A stretch of 64,000 nt of DNA from an uncultured Nitrososphaerota archaeon (GCA_963824385.1 CAWGPD010000001.1:192001-256000); one strand, 5' to 3'. Shown: positions 20,438-31,840, numbered from the stretch's first letter. Notes: a model not told the origin generated them from the letters alone. Made by a program: numbers and translations.

Positions 20438-21930
20438 TAAATTCTGACGTAATCCTAGTATTTGTTTCATTATTTATTGTCTTTATCGGATTAGGATTTT
20501 ACGGCAAGTACTGGAGAAAAGGGGATCTCAATCATGTACATGAGTGGTCTTTGGGTGGAAGAAGACTTGGAACAACGCTTGTCTTTTTCCTCATTGGAGC
20601 AGATTTGTATACAGCATATAGTTTTGTGGCAATCCCATCAGGAGTATTTGCAAAAGGTTCACTATACTTTTTTGCAATTCCTTATGTGATGTTAACTTTT
20701 GCAGTTGCACTAGTCACAATGCCAAAACTTTGGACACTCTCCAGAGAAAAGGGATACATCACAGCTTCAGATTTTGTAAAAGACAGGTTCAGTAGCAAAA
20801 CACTAGCCATAATGATTGCAATTACAGGAATTGTTGCAGAGCTTCCGTATATTGCATTACAGATAGTGGGAATGCAAGCAGTACTAACTGTAATGCTTGC
20901 AGGATATGCAAATTCTCAGATGGTTACAGAGATCTCACTTCTTATTGCTTTTGTAATTCTAGCAGCTTTTACATATTCAAGTGGATTGCGTGGTGCAACT
21001 CTGACTGCAATTTTCAAGGATATTTTAGTGTGGATAACAGTGATTGCAGTAATAATTGCAGTTCCAATAAGTATAGGAGGATTTGGAAATGCATTCAAGG
21101 CCTCCAAGGACAATTATGTTACACTACCAGATAATCTAGTTCCTGCATATGCAACCTTGATTTTAGGTAGTGCATTGGCGCTATACCTGTACCCCCATGC
21201 AATAACAGGAGTATTGAGTGCTCAAAGTGTCCAAAAGCTTCGCTCAAGTACAGCACTTTTACCTCTGTATGGAGTTGGATTGGCAATACTAGCATTGATG
21301 GGAATACTTGTGTATGCAGTTCCAGGAGCTATGCACTTTTTGTCAGGATTTCCTGAAAGTTCGCGTGGTATACTAGTTGTTCCTTCATTGATATTGTATT
21401 CATTACCAGGTTGGTTTTCAGGAATTGCACTGCTTGGAATTTTTGTTGCAGGTCTTGTACCTGCCGCAATCATGGCTATGGCACAAGCAAATCTCTTGAC
21501 TCGAAATATAATCAAAGAGATAAAACCAAATCTTTCAAGCAAATCTGAGATTAGAATAACAAAGATGTCATCAACTGTCTTCAAGTTCATAGCTCTTGCA
21601 TTTGTGTTTTCAGTTCCTGCAACATATGCAATATCATTGCAGTTACTTGGAGGCATACTAATTATTCAGATACTACCTGCAGTATTTTTTGGATTATATG
21701 TTAAATCACTTGGAAAGATTCCGGTGATTTTAGGTCTGATTGCCGGAATATTTTCTGGCATATACATGCTAGAGGCTGTAAATAGTTTCGGTCAATTGAC
21801 ATCATCGCTTTTTAAAACTACTTTTGGTCCAATATACATCGCAGTAATCGCACTTGCAATCAATCTGACAATATCATTTGTTGGCAGTGCAGTATTACGC
21901 AGACGTGCAATTAAAAATCAAACAGATTAA
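20434..21930 (+). CDS. Sodium:solute symporter (monocarboxylate MctP/YhjB-like)
   Basis: [30 protein letters not shown]; many TM helices. Confidence 0.9.
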   Translation: MINSDVILVFVSLFIVFIGLGFYGKYWRKGDLNHVHEWSLGGRRLGTTLVFFLIGADLYTAYSFVAIPSGVFAKGSLYFFAIPYVMLTFAVALVTMPKLWTLSREKGYITASDFVKDRFSSKTLAIMIAITGIVAELPYIALQIVGMQAVLTVMLAGYANSQMVTEISLLIAFVILAAFTYSSGLRGATLTAIFKDILVWITVIAVIIAVPISIGGFGNAFKASKDNYVTLPDNLVPAYATLILGSALALYLYPHAITGVLSAQSVQKLRSSTALLPLYGVGLAILALMGILVYAVPGAMHFLSGFPESSRGILVVPSLILYSLPGWFSGIALLGIFVAGLVPAAIMAMAQANLLTRNIIKEIKPNLSSKSEIRITKMSSTVFKFIALAFVFSVPATYAISLQLLGGILIIQILPAVFFGLYVKSLGKIPVILGLIAGIFSGIYMLEAVNSFGQLTSSLFKTTFGPIYIAVIALAINLTISFVGSAVLRRRAIKNQTD

Positions 21931-21965
21931 TCAAAATATAATAAAAGATAGTAAGTGGTTTACGA

Positions 21966-22526
21966 CTACTCGTATTCCATCAGTTTCTTTTCTTCTAAGA
22001 GTGTGTGAAGATTGTGCACTGCACGATAAACTTCTGCTTCTTTTTTAGTTCCAGTACAGACTAGTTTTCCAGAAGCAAAGATAAGAACTACGGAGCGCGG
22101 ATCAAGCATTCTGTGTATAAGACCAGGAAATTGTTCTGGTTCATACATACTTCTTGGAAGACTTCTTGCTGCCTTTTCCAAGTGAACTTTACCGCCAAGA
22201 CTAACAGACGCCACAATATTTTGAATTGTAATTTCTGGATTCTTTTTTATTTTTATCTTGCCTTTTCTTAGTCTTTGTACTACAGTGTTTACTGCATTTA
22301 CCGCAGCTTCCTCAGATTTGGAACCAGTACAGACCATTTTGCCTGAGCTGAAGATCAATGTTGCAGTTTTTGGAGATTTTAATCTAAAAACTAGACCTGG
22401 GAATTGTTCAGGATGATATTCTACGTCTGGGAATTCTTTTGTGATTGCTACAAGATCAATTTTTTGGTCAACTGATGCAGAGGCTACTACGTTTACAATG
22501 TCAACAATCGGTTTTGTTTGAGGCAT
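21966..22526 (-). CDS. tbp: TATA-box binding protein
   Basis: Two repeats of YxPEQFPGL...LIFxSGKxVCTG. Confidence 0.97.
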   Translation of the reverse strand: MPQTKPIVDIVNVVASASVDQKIDLVAITKEFPDVEYHPEQFPGLVFRLKSPKTATLIFSSGKMVCTGSKSEEAAVNAVNTVVQRLRKGKIKIKKNPEITIQNIVASVSLGGKVHLEKAARSLPRSMYEPEQFPGLIHRMLDPRSVVLIFASGKLVCTGTKKEAEVYRAVHNLHTLLEEKKLMEYE

Positions 22527-22742
22527 TTAAATAGAATATAAACTGGTACCATATATAACCAATTACATAGAAACCGTGACTGCAAAGGTAAAAGATCTTA
22601 CAGTATTATTTAAAATTAGAAAATTTACGATCTAAAATTTGATCGCAATTTTACAAATTAGAAAAAGATAACATACATTCAGAAAGTCAGCACAAAAATA
22701 TTTTCATGATATATATTTTGGTAAAAAATCAGCATCATTCAA

Positions 22743-23108
22743 ATGCATTCTGATGGAGATCATAGAAGATCTGAAGAGGACATACATTCAAAGACTGCAG
22801 AGATGTCTAAAATAAAAAAAGAGATTGAAACTGCAGATAGAATATTTTATGATGAACTTGCTAGCAAATATTTTCTGCTTGATAAATTTAGCCTAGAGCA
22901 GTTAAAGAATATGTGCAATACTCTGCTTGGCAAGGGTCCCGAGGTAGAATATTATGAAGATAGGCATACAAGTAAAATTACAGAACTTCCACAGTACAAA
23001 GAAGATTTCATTCATTTTATTATCGACGAATTCCAATATTTAGAAATCAAAGATTATGCTCTAAGAAAAAATATCCTTTCAAGTCATTTTTTTGATAACA
23101 GAAATTAA
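22743..23108 (+). CDS. Hypothetical protein
   Basis: 121-aa ORF with upstream TATA. Confidence 0.7.
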   Translation: MHSDGDHRRSEEDIHSKTAEMSKIKKEIETADRIFYDELASKYFLLDKFSLEQLKNMCNTLLGKGPEVEYYEDRHTSKITELPQYKEDFIHFIIDEFQYLEIKDYALRKNILSSHFFDNRN

Positions 23109-23109
23109 G

Positions 23110-24543
23110 TTATTTTTTCAATATAGTCAAGTTGAGAAATACAGTCTTTGTCACATATCCATCAGATGCACTAATTCCAACAGTATAGTTTCCAGGAGAG
23201 ACACCTCCATCATGAATAGTCGCCAAGACTTGTTGATCATGTGAAAGATCTATCACATTAGATGCAAATCCTACTGTGAGATTGCCAAGTTCAGCAGTAG
23301 GAGTAATTGTGCTTGACGCGTTTAAAAAGACAGAATTTGGAGAATGTAAGCCGCCCTGAATTTCCAGGGTAATCATATCGTCAGTTTCATTGGAACTAAG
23401 AATAATCTGTTTTTTACTAGAAGAGATTTCAAATGGAATTGGGATATGCCCGTCTATCACTGCAACTTTATCAGTATTCCATTCAGAGAACCATAAAATT
23501 TTTTCATCTCGAGGGTCTTCTGATATGTTAAGTGGATAAGTGATATAACCTCCCGTAGGAATTGAAGGAATAGAGTATTCGGTTAATGTGTTATTTTCCA
23601 AGTCAAAACAGCCAATCTTATTTCCCTGATGTTCATTAAACCATAAAATTTTAGGATTTTCCGTACCACGAATCCAAAAAGGCAAGGTAGTAGTATGAAA
23701 AGTATTTTGAGATGTAGGATATCGAGTCATTTTTCCAGTATCAAGATCATATCTAGTAAGAAAACTTGTTCCATGTTCTGTAAGCCAGACAGAATTATTT
23801 TTTATTATTATATCAGTTGGTGTTGAAAACATAGAATAGTTATCCTTGGGAATATTTTGAAGTGCAGTTATATTTCCAACAAAATTATTTTCGCGAGTAA
23901 TATGATATTGTGAAATTTTCTGTGAATCAATGTTAGCTGTCCATATGAAATCATTTTGTAAAAATATACCAGCAGGAGTTGTGTTATTGCCAGTTTCAAA
24001 AGATGTGACTTTATAATCACCATCTGTAGATTTTTCTATTACACCAATTGTATCACCACGCAAAGTGGTAAACCAGATCTCCCCATTATTGCCAACTTTC
24101 ATCTGAAAAGGAGATCCTGATTCAGAATGAAATGAGTGAAATGTGTCATTTTCTGGATCTAACTGCCAGATTGTTCTAGTACCAAGTCCTGCAAACCATA
24201 TCTTCCCATCATGGTCTTGTACCATTGCCCACACCATTGTTAAATTTCCATGCTGTGTGTTAGGCAATGAGTTATCTTTAATCTCAAAATTGGAAATAGT
24301 TCCATTTTGTGGGTCTAGTGAGAGTAATTTTTCTGAATCAGAAGTTGTTACCCATACAATACCATTATTATCCACCAGTAAGGCATTTGGCTTTGTTCCT
24401 TCTGGTAGAGAATACTCTTTAACATATGGCCCATGCGTGTTTGTTATATTTTTTGAAAAATTACCATACTCCCAAACACCAAGTATAACAGACGTGATTG
24501 CAATTATTACCACAGTTGATACCAAGATTAGTTTGAGGTTCAA
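23110..24543 (-). CDS. Membrane-anchored Vgb (virginiamycin B lyase)-like beta-propeller with C-terminal Ig-like domain
   Basis: N-terminal TM; repeated xWFxE..(G)NKIG blades. Confidence 0.8.
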   Translation of the reverse strand: MNLKLILVSTVVIIAITSVILGVWEYGNFSKNITNTHGPYVKEYSLPEGTKPNALLVDNNGIVWVTTSDSEKLLSLDPQNGTISNFEIKDNSLPNTQHGNLTMVWAMVQDHDGKIWFAGLGTRTIWQLDPENDTFHSFHSESGSPFQMKVGNNGEIWFTTLRGDTIGVIEKSTDGDYKVTSFETGNNTTPAGIFLQNDFIWTANIDSQKISQYHITRENNFVGNITALQNIPKDNYSMFSTPTDIIIKNNSVWLTEHGTSFLTRYDLDTGKMTRYPTSQNTFHTTTLPFWIRGTENPKILWFNEHQGNKIGCFDLENNTLTEYSIPSIPTGGYITYPLNISEDPRDEKILWFSEWNTDKVAVIDGHIPIPFEISSSKKQIILSSNETDDMITLEIQGGLHSPNSVFLNASSTITPTAELGNLTVGFASNVIDLSHDQQVLATIHDGGVSPGNYTVGISASDGYVTKTVFLNLTILKK

Positions 24544-24634
24544 ATTACTCTGAATCTCTTGTGATAGTGTCTTTGCATATTAGTCTCTCGAAAATAGAGG
24601 CAATATAATATAGGAAATCAAAGTATGAGACTTT

Positions 24635-25150
24635 GTGAAGAAGCGATTCTATCTTTTTCTCCCAATCTATTTTAGCTTCTTTGTAGTTCTTGGAGTCTAC
24701 GAAGTAATCCATCCTCCGTTTAGTACAGATTCAACAAGGATTGGAAATTATGAGATAAAAATAGAAACTACACCGCCAGTTCCAGAGACAGGAAAAGATA
24801 CTCTAATTCACTTTCTAGTTCTTGATGAGAACGGAAGACCCGTTGATAATTTTAGGATGGGAATTCAGATTTTTTATAATGACAATTTAGAAAGTTCATT
24901 TCCACCTGCTGACCATAATGCAGGAAGATATGACTTGAATTACATATTTGGCGAATCTGGAAATCATGTAATCAGAGTTGATCTTTTTGATCTTAACAGT
25001 GACCAGGTGTTATCACATGCATTCAATGTTGGCGTGTTAAACTTTTACATGAACGTGTTCATCTATCTAGTAATAGCAGGAGTAGCAGGAGCTGCAGGCA
25101 TCGTTATTGCAATAATAATTTATCAGAGAAAAATTAGTAAGACAAGGTAA
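24635..25150 (+). CDS. Membrane protein with YtkA/FixH-like Ig domain
   Basis: TTPPVP..G..T.I.F; G.Y...YIF.ESG.H.IRVD; TMs at both ends. Confidence 0.6.
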   Translation: MKKRFYLFLPIYFSFFVVLGVYEVIHPPFSTDSTRIGNYEIKIETTPPVPETGKDTLIHFLVLDENGRPVDNFRMGIQIFYNDNLESSFPPADHNAGRYDLNYIFGESGNHVIRVDLFDLNSDQVLSHAFNVGVLNFYMNVFIYLVIAGVAGAAGIVIAIIIYQRKISKTR

Positions 25151-25152
25151 AA

Positions 25153-25289
25153 GATGTGTGGCATGGCCCTATTGACAGAATGCTTGGAGATTACCTCCGT
25201 TGAATCAGACGCCATTGCGTGGATTCGTGTAAGATTTCTGCCGGACCATGCATCGTCAAGCCATTGATGACTTTACGATCACAGCCATC
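25153..25289 (-). ncRNA. Candidate ~137-nt multi-helix structured RNA
   Basis: GC-rich intergenic; nested helices; three G-U wobbles that pair only on the minus strand; TTAAATAA upstream on minus strand. Confidence 0.6.
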
Positions 25290-25382
25290 TTATCATTACA
25301 AGTTATTTAAGAACGTGTATCAACAAACACACAAACCTACAATATAAATAAAAATCAGATCACAGAGTTTTTTTAAGAATAA

Positions 25383-25577
25383 TTATTCAAGCAGGTTCCA
25401 GAATCTAGAATAACGAAATAGTCCTACCCAGCCAGATATGAAACACGCAAGAGACAAACAAAATAACAGGTAAAAGCCCCTCTTGCTTTTTGCAATATCA
25501 AGGTCTAAGAAGATAAATGTGCCCATTCCTATTAAACCAAAAAAAAGTATCAGTCGGCCTAATCTTTTTAGATTCAA
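25383..25577 (-). CDS. Small 2-TM membrane protein
   Basis: Hydrophobic 64-aa ORF. Confidence 0.55.
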   Translation of the reverse strand: MNLKRLGRLILFFGLIGMGTFIFLDLDIAKSKRGFYLLFCLSLACFISGWVGLFRYSRFWNLLE

Positions 25578-25669
25578 TTATTGACACAACCAAGACGGCC
25601 AGATATAAAACAGATCTAGTGGTATAATTTCCCAGTCAAGATGAATTTTTCAAATCACTGGTGAGAAGA

Positions 25670-26125
25670 TCATACCAGTCCGCATTTTTCATAATACTGT
25701 TGGTGATAATCTTCTGCCTTGTAAAATTCTGTTGCTGGAACTATCTCAGTTACAATTTTTTTGCCATATTTTCCAGATTTTTCAAGTTCATCTCTTGACT
25801 GTCGTGCCTCTCTTTCCTGTTCAGGAGTGTGGAAAAAGATTGCAGACCTGTATTGCTTTCCAACATCTGGTCCTTGTCTGTTCAGTGTAGTAGGATCATG
25901 GTTATTCCAAAATATATCTAAAAGTTTACCATATGATATAATCGAGGAGTCATATTCTACTTGGATAACTTCTGCATGCCCTGTTGTATCAGTACAGACA
26001 TCCTCATAAGTGGGATTTTTAAGATGGCCTCCCATGTAACCTACACTTGTAGATATTACGCCATTTTTTCTAAAGTCATTTTCAATACACCAAAAACATC
26101 CTGCGCCAAATGTAGCTTTCAACAT
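25670..26125 (-). CDS. msrA: Peptide methionine sulfoxide reductase A
   Basis: [37 protein letters not shown]. Confidence 0.95.
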   Translation of the reverse strand: MLKATFGAGCFWCIENDFRKNGVISTSVGYMGGHLKNPTYEDVCTDTTGHAEVIQVEYDSSIISYGKLLDIFWNNHDPTTLNRQGPDVGKQYRSAIFFHTPEQEREARQSRDELEKSGKYGKKIVTEIVPATEFYKAEDYHQQYYEKCGLV

Positions 26126-26154
26126 ATATGATATCATCTGACTTGAATTAAATT

Positions 26155-27396
26155 CTATCGCGAAAACAGATAAAGTGATTGGGCAACATCTTGATCAGAT
26201 ACAGTACCATTAGCCCACGAACACATCAATGTCTTGTCAGGGACTTGGCCTGAAATTTCAGATTCACCCTGAACAATCATCATATTATTAGAAACTAGAT
26301 AATTCACAAGTGAACTTAATTGGCTATCATCGACATACCCGTTACACCAAAATCCTACCGTTTTCTTAATCCATGATGGTATCTTATCCTGACCTACTAC
26401 TACATCAATTACAAATGATTTGATTATAGAATTTCCATTTTGATCCTTAGCAGCACATGTTACTGTTGTTGTACCTGTAGGGAAAAAAGAGCCAGACGGA
26501 GGAGAACAGATTGGAGACTGCAAGCCAGACAATATAGTAGAATTTAGATAATTTACACTAGTTCCAGCAGAATTTGGCGCATAAAAAACCAGTGACGGAG
26601 CAGATGAATATGGGGCAGCATTTGTGTTTGAGTTCATGTTGGTACTGCCATAAGAGCCAGTTACAGATTGCCCAGAAGAACCTCCCACTGTAACAAAAAC
26701 ACTTGAGGGGTTAGACGGGTCATCGAATCTAAATTCCAATGTCGAGCCTTCATACACGGGAGCTCCGGCAATTTCTGTTGGTATCTTGACAGTTACTGCA
26801 AATGTATCAGTATTTGGACCAGTCTCTCTTAATGTATATGGATTTGCCTGAAATATTGGATCTGCCAATGTAGTCTGGGCTCCACCCATGTGAACTTCAA
26901 CCATATTTAGCGGAATGTCATCAGGTGTTTGAGAATCAAGATTATAATTTGGAGCATAGATACTTAGTGTGAAATAGTGACCAATCATAACATTTGAAGA
27001 TGAGCCTGATACAGGACTAGAAACAATATTTGTAAGAACTACAGATTGAGTAAGTGTAGTTGGATTTCCAGAATAGTCTGCTTTCTCGTGATATGTCATA
27101 ACTACAACGTCTCCACCTTGCAAAGGTTCTCCGTTAACAGAGTCTGGCAATGTCAGTTGAATTTGAAAAGTACCAGTATCTATTCCAGTTTCCACCATGG
27201 CAGCAGGTCCAGGGACAGAGACTCCGTTTATTGTAAAATCAACCAGGCCTGCTGTTGGTATAGTCATTACTGCACGATGTTCAGTTGAGAGATTCAAATC
27301 TGTGATATAAAAAGTCAGAATTGTACCAGGTGTTGCAGACTGTGCATAGCACAGAGATAACGGCAACAAAAGTAAAATAAGAAAAAGCCTTTTCAC
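26155..27396 (-). CDS. Secreted surface protein with HYR domain and thaumarchaeal IPxWIK C-terminal domain
   Basis: ETG..T.TF motifs; [22 protein letters not shown] (HYR); IPSWIK. Confidence 0.8.
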   Translation of the reverse strand: MKRLFLILLLLPLSLCYAQSATPGTILTFYITDLNLSTEHRAVMTIPTAGLVDFTINGVSVPGPAAMVETGIDTGTFQIQLTLPDSVNGEPLQGGDVVVMTYHEKADYSGNPTTLTQSVVLTNIVSSPVSGSSSNVMIGHYFTLSIYAPNYNLDSQTPDDIPLNMVEVHMGGAQTTLADPIFQANPYTLRETGPNTDTFAVTVKIPTEIAGAPVYEGSTLEFRFDDPSNPSSVFVTVGGSSGQSVTGSYGSTNMNSNTNAAPYSSAPSLVFYAPNSAGTSVNYLNSTILSGLQSPICSPPSGSFFPTGTTTVTCAAKDQNGNSIIKSFVIDVVVGQDKIPSWIKKTVGFWCNGYVDDSQLSSLVNYLVSNNMMIVQGESEISGQVPDKTLMCSWANGTVSDQDVAQSLYLFSR

Positions 27397-27866
27397 GTCG
27401 TATCTTGCCCAGATGATTTTAGTTCGTTTATCATAGCATCAGAGTTTTGAATCATGGTTGCTAGAATTTTTTTAGTTGAATCAAGTTGGTCTGCAGATAT
27501 TCCTCTGAAGAGCATTTTTCGCAATTGGAGAACAATCAATATTATGGAATCCACAGTTGACTCGGATTTTTTAGTAAGAAAAACTCTGTTCATTCTTCGA
27601 TCTTTTGGATCTGCCCTTCTTTCCACCAATCCATTTTTTTCCATCTTATCTATCACTGGAACAAGTGTACTTCCATCTACATAGATTTTGTCTGCAAGTT
27701 CCTTTTGGGTAAGGCCGTCTGTGATATTTAACGCAAGTATAACCTTCCAGTGAGCAGGTGTCAGTCCAAGTTGTTTTTTGATCTCAAGCTCTGCCAACCT
27801 TTCTTGTGATTTTGAGGCAAGCACGATTAGCATGCCTATACTATCGTTGAGGTCCAATTTACGCAT
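27393..27866 (-). CDS. MarR family transcriptional regulator
   Basis: GLTPAHW...GLTQKELA...GLVER..DPKDRR..RVFLT. Confidence 0.9.
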   Translation of the reverse strand: MRKLDLNDSIGMLIVLASKSQERLAELEIKKQLGLTPAHWKVILALNITDGLTQKELADKIYVDGSTLVPVIDKMEKNGLVERRADPKDRRMNRVFLTKKSESTVDSIILIVLQLRKMLFRGISADQLDSTKKILATMIQNSDAMINELKSSGQDTT

Positions 27867-27898
27867 AATGTATAATACATTCACTGGTATACAAATGA

Positions 27899-27910
27899 TT
27901 GGTATACCAA
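27899..27910. promoter_or_regulatory. Perfect palindrome TTGGTATACCAA, candidate MarR operator
   Basis: 12-bp palindrome in the marR upstream region, with a near-copy at 27885. Confidence 0.5.
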
Positions 27911-28113
27911 TAGTTATATACAATCAAGTCAATATTATGTTATGTCTCCACAAGGTAAGACATCATCATCAAGTATACCCACACTTGTAGTCATATCTTC
28001 AGGTACTGCATTAGTCACCCACAACGCACCATTTTCGATAGCGCCAACACCATTTGTTCAAAATGCTCATGCTGCTTACGATTACATCCAAATTTCAACT
28101 GGAGTGTCAAGTC

Positions 28114-28656
28114 ATGCCTAAATCTAATTTAAAATCTTCAATTGGTTTTTTCTTTATCGCCATTCTAGTTATCGGAGTATTTTCATTCATACCGCCATCT
28201 TATGCTGACCGAGAAATTACATTGCAAAAGGTTTCTAATGTAAACGAGTCATCACTGCTTAATGCATTATCTAACGTGTCAGAATATCCACAAATATTTC
28301 CTGACAATGTAAAATCTGTAAAGATATTAGACAATAACACAAAACTTGTTGAGATGAATGCAGGCATAAATGGCATATTTTTTGACACAGAAGCAATATG
28401 CACAGTTGACGCAAATGGAAATTACGTCGTCCAAGTAGTTTCAGGTGACCTCAATGGAACTGTAATGACTACCAGCCTAGAGCCGACATGGGGATTTCAA
28501 GGTCAAAAAGATGGGGCAACAATTTCAAACATAAATTTGGATATAAAGACAACAGGAATTCTCTCATGGATGCTTAATTTTATTCCAGACAGTACAGTGT
28601 CAAATGCCCTTGGATATAGCTTTGACAAGTTCATTGAATATATCCAGACAACATAA
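28114..28656 (+). CDS. Secreted SRPBCC/START-like protein
   Basis: Signal peptide; NVSEYPQIFPDNVKSVKIL. Confidence 0.65.
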   Translation: MPKSNLKSSIGFFFIAILVIGVFSFIPPSYADREITLQKVSNVNESSLLNALSNVSEYPQIFPDNVKSVKILDNNTKLVEMNAGINGIFFDTEAICTVDANGNYVVQVVSGDLNGTVMTTSLEPTWGFQGQKDGATISNINLDIKTTGILSWMLNFIPDSTVSNALGYSFDKFIEYIQTT

Positions 28657-28693
28657 TTTTTATTTTATAAAATAAAATTTAAAATTGTTTATA

Positions 28694-29188
28694 TTATTTT
28701 AAAAATTTTGGTTTTAGTTTTAGGTTGTTTTTTAAGAGTTCAAGTGCAATTGTTTTATTGTTTAACGCCAAATCAAACTTTTTATCTATCTTTAATGCAG
28801 CGTTAAAACATTTTATTGCATCCTTTAGAAGACCAAGTTCTCCAAGAGACAGGCCCTTGTATGCTATTGCTAATGCATATTTTGGCTGGATCTTTAATGC
28901 TTTATCATAGCAATCAATTGCATCATGATATTTTCCAAGCGTATGTAATGCAGAACCCTTGTTTACCAAAGCATCCATGTTTTTCTTTTCAATTTCAAGT
29001 GCCTGGTCATAACACTTGACTGCCTTAGCATGCTTGTTAAGAATCTGGAGTGTAACGCCCTTGTTTATCAGAGCGGTAATATTTTTTGGATCCTTGAATA
29101 GTATAAGATCATAATACTCTAGTGCAAGAGTGTATTTGCCCTCTTCGCATAATTCGTATGCCTCATCAAGAAGGGACGAATTTTTCAT
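28694..29188 (-). CDS. Tetratricopeptide repeat protein
   Basis: Repeated ALxNKG..L..LG.Y..AI.CYDKAL. Confidence 0.9.
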   Translation of the reverse strand: MKNSSLLDEAYELCEEGKYTLALEYYDLILFKDPKNITALINKGVTLQILNKHAKAVKCYDQALEIEKKNMDALVNKGSALHTLGKYHDAIDCYDKALKIQPKYALAIAYKGLSLGELGLLKDAIKCFNAALKIDKKFDLALNNKTIALELLKNNLKLKPKFLK

Positions 29189-29316
29189 CGTTTAAAGTTA
29201 AAGATCTACAGATATTATTCTTTTAGAAGATGTCATACTAGAGCATATCAAATCAGATTATCAGAACTGATAACCAATATAGTGCATATATTTATCGAGA
29301 TCGGCGAATATATAAT

Positions 29317-29481
29317 TTGGAGACCCCAAAATGTGAAAATTGTGGCAAGACATTGGAAGATTCTCAGTGCACACATTGCTCTGACAAGTGCCTGTTTGAT
29401 TCAATCAAGAATAGCCAACCTTTTACAGAAGAAGATACGCATGGTAATTCAAGTACAACTAACAATACAAAATATTTGTAG
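29317..29481 (+). CDS. 54-aa zinc-finger microprotein
   Basis: Not in ORF track; METPKCENCGKTLEDSQCTHCSDKCLF...; TATA about 25 nt upstream of the TTG. Confidence 0.55.
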   Translation: METPKCENCGKTLEDSQCTHCSDKCLFDSIKNSQPFTEEDTHGNSSTTNNTKYL

Positions 29482-29584
29482 ATCACATGTGTGCATTACA
29501 TGAAATACGTTAAATCTCTCGACTAGAAAATTAAGAAGGTCTAATTCACAACAGTCTTTAACAGCATTTTCTTGCGAGATTCTA

Positions 29585-30209
29585 ATGCCTACCATAGTAT
29601 TTGATTTTGATGGAACAATTGCAGATACGCTATCAGTAGTCATAAGAATTGCAAACAAATTTGCCGACCATTACGGATACAAAAAAATTCCCCTCAGTGA
29701 CTTGCCAAAGATTAGAGAGAAAAAGCCAAGTGCTGTATTAAAACACCTAGGGATATCAATATTCAAGACTTCCAATAGTTGTAAGAAAGATAAGATTTGA
29801 AATGAACAAGGAAATAGTTCATTTGAAAACTGCTGTAGACCTCAGAGACACACTTGTCCACCTCAAAGAAAATGGCTGTGTCCTAGGAATCTTGACTACA
29901 AACTCTAGAGAGAATGTTACCGAGTTTTTAAAGAATAACGATTTGCAATTGTTTGATTTCATATATTCTGGCAGAGCAGTGTTTGGAAAAGGCAGACTGC
30001 TAAAAAAATTGATGCACGATAAGACGATACCTCATGCTGATCCAATTTACATTGGAGACGAGATAAGAGATGTCGAAGCTGCAAAAAAGGCAGGAATCAA
30101 AGTCATAGGAGTGACATGGGGGTATAATACCAAGACTGCCTTGCTGACAGCTCATCCGGATCATGTCGTAGAAAAACCTGAAGAACTCAAAAGTATAATC
30201 CTAGAGTAG
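29585..30209 (+). CDS. HAD-superfamily hydrolase (phosphoglycolate phosphatase-like; frameshift near 29768)
   Basis: FDFDGTIADT; GILTTN; YIGDEIRD; VTWGY. Confidence 0.85.
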
Positions 30210-30276
30210 TGCCATATAAAAAATCAAGTCACATACAAGTTAATTTGAAATAACACATCAAGAGGCATCAGTAATT

Positions 30277-30480
30277 ATGAGTTCAGATGTAACAGAGGAA
30301 GAAAAAAAAGCACTTACACCAGAGTCAGGTTTTGATCTATGCGGAATTGATTATTTTGAATCACTTGGAAGAAGGCTCTATTTCATAGAACATTATGATA
30401 AATATCAAGACGCCCTCAAGGCAAAAAAAGACAGGGACCGTCCTGACGAATATCTTATACTATACAAGGGATCCTCCTAA
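30277..30480 (+). CDS. Hypothetical protein
   Basis: 67-aa ORF with typical composition. Confidence 0.65.
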   Translation: MSSDVTEEEKKALTPESGFDLCGIDYFESLGRRLYFIEHYDKYQDALKAKKDRDRPDEYLILYKGSS

Positions 30481-30515
30481 GAAAATTTCATAGCAATTAG
30501 TTCATAGATTTGATT

Positions 30516-30776
30516 TTACTTTTTACTTGCAGTTTTATTGTTTGATATTTTTTTAAATATCCTCACAGCTTCAAGATGCGAGCAGTTTGCTTTTAGTCCC
30601 TTGCCATGGTGAAATTTATAAAAATTTTTGAATCCCTCGCAGTCACAACTATCTGATGTCACCATGTATGACTTGGATGGGTCACTAGATGATTTTACCT
30701 GAAATAGATCGTCTTCAATCATAACAACACCATTTTTTGCCAAGGCGGTGGCCTTTTTGATGGTATTTGCGCTCAT
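30516..30776 (-). CDS. SWIM zinc-finger protein
   Basis: Y.V....CDC.GF...CSHL.AV. Confidence 0.8.
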   Translation of the reverse strand: MSANTIKKATALAKNGVVMIEDDLFQVKSSSDPSKSYMVTSDSCDCEGFKNFYKFHHGKGLKANCSHLEAVRIFKKISNNKTASKK

Positions 30777-30825
30777 AACTTTCAGTACATGTTCAATTAA
30801 ATAATCCTTAAGGTTTCAAACAATT

Positions 30826-31080
30826 TTATTTTTCTTTGTCAATAGAACCGCCCTGGCCTCTAATTGCAGCAAAGGTTGCAGTACTTGTAACATCTTGGAC
30901 ATCCCTTACAGATGTTATTGCGGCATGTAGATCTTCTTCCTTTTTTGCGGATACCTTGACAAATATATCATATCTGCCCATGATCCCGTTTACTTCAACA
31001 ACATTTGGCAATTTCTTAATTTTATCTACCGCGTCATCTTCCTGACCTGGGATACATGTTGCAAAGATGTATGCAATCAT
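30826..31080 (-). CDS. Stand-alone Lrp/AsnC ligand-binding (RAM) domain protein
   Basis: AYIF...V.EV.GIMGRYDIFVKV; no HTH. Confidence 0.85.
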   Translation of the reverse strand: MIAYIFATCIPGQEDDAVDKIKKLPNVVEVNGIMGRYDIFVKVSAKKEEDLHAAITSVRDVQDVTSTATFAAIRGQGGSIDKEK

Positions 31081-31159
31081 GGGTATACATAGGAAATAAT
31101 AAGATAAAAGCTTAGAGCCAAGATTTAACTTTATTATGATTAAATGTCAACTATACGTC

Positions 31160-31366
31160 ATGCCCATAAAACCAGAAGATGTAGAATCCGAGTTAATCAA
31201 GCAAATGTTTGACGAGATAATGAAAATGATTCGTGAAAAACACATCAAACTAGAATCCATTGTTCAGAGAATGGTAGAGCAGGGCAACATACCACAGGAA
31301 TCATTTGATAGAATATATGCACTCCTCACAGAATATGGCAAAAAGAAACAATGGGTTAAAGAATAA
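31160..31366 (+). CDS. Hypothetical protein
   Basis: Helical ORF; probable start MPIKPE. Confidence 0.6.
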   Translation: MPIKPEDVESELIKQMFDEIMKMIREKHIKLESIVQRMVEQGNIPQESFDRIYALLTEYGKKKQWVKE

Positions 31367-31477
31367 TTCTAGTCAGTAAAGTTTGAGATCATATAAAAAT
31401 CCCTCAAGGCAAGACCCAGTTTTATAATATTTGCAAGTCATAGCATTAGATTAGTTTTTGGATAATTTTGGATATAA

Positions 31478-31840
31478 TCAGAGTGGAATGTTTAGATTTT
31501 TAATTTTAGCAATTATTTCATCATGGTTAGAATCTGGGTTTGTTGAAAGTATCAAAAGGCCATCATCAAGAAACAATGTAATTAGTTTTACTTTTTCTTT
31601 GGATGTTATCATCCAGTTTGTCCTGCCCAGTTTTTCGTTAAACATTTCATCCCATGAAGCCTTGACAGACGCTTGATAATGAGCCATGTTACTTCACTCC
31701 TCATCAAGCAATGGTGATGCAGATGCCTTTCTGACAAACGTAATCAATTTTCTGTCTTTTATCCTACCAACAAAACGAACGCTAGCATCAAGATTTAGGA
31801 TCTGGTTATATGGATCTGCCTGTTTTATACGCTGAGCCAA
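31478..31840 (-). pseudogene. DUF6659-like protein interrupted by an in-frame TGA (31694-31696)
   Basis: Upstream in-frame ILNLDASVRFVGRI...PLLDEE*SNMAHYQAS...LGR..W. Confidence 0.55.

Noticed and set aside
22544..22551. TGGTACCA in the tbp promoter as part of the island regulon
   Set aside because: Different geometry (between TATA and start, no N9 spacer); may be chance
25153..25289. tRNA or 5S rRNA
   Set aside because: No T-loop/anticodon cloverleaf and no conserved 5S motifs recognisable
31694..31696. In-frame TGA as selenocysteine
   Set aside because: Not at a Cys-type catalytic position, no SECIS-like hairpin seen, and Sec is not known in this lineage; a nonsense mutation or read error is more likely
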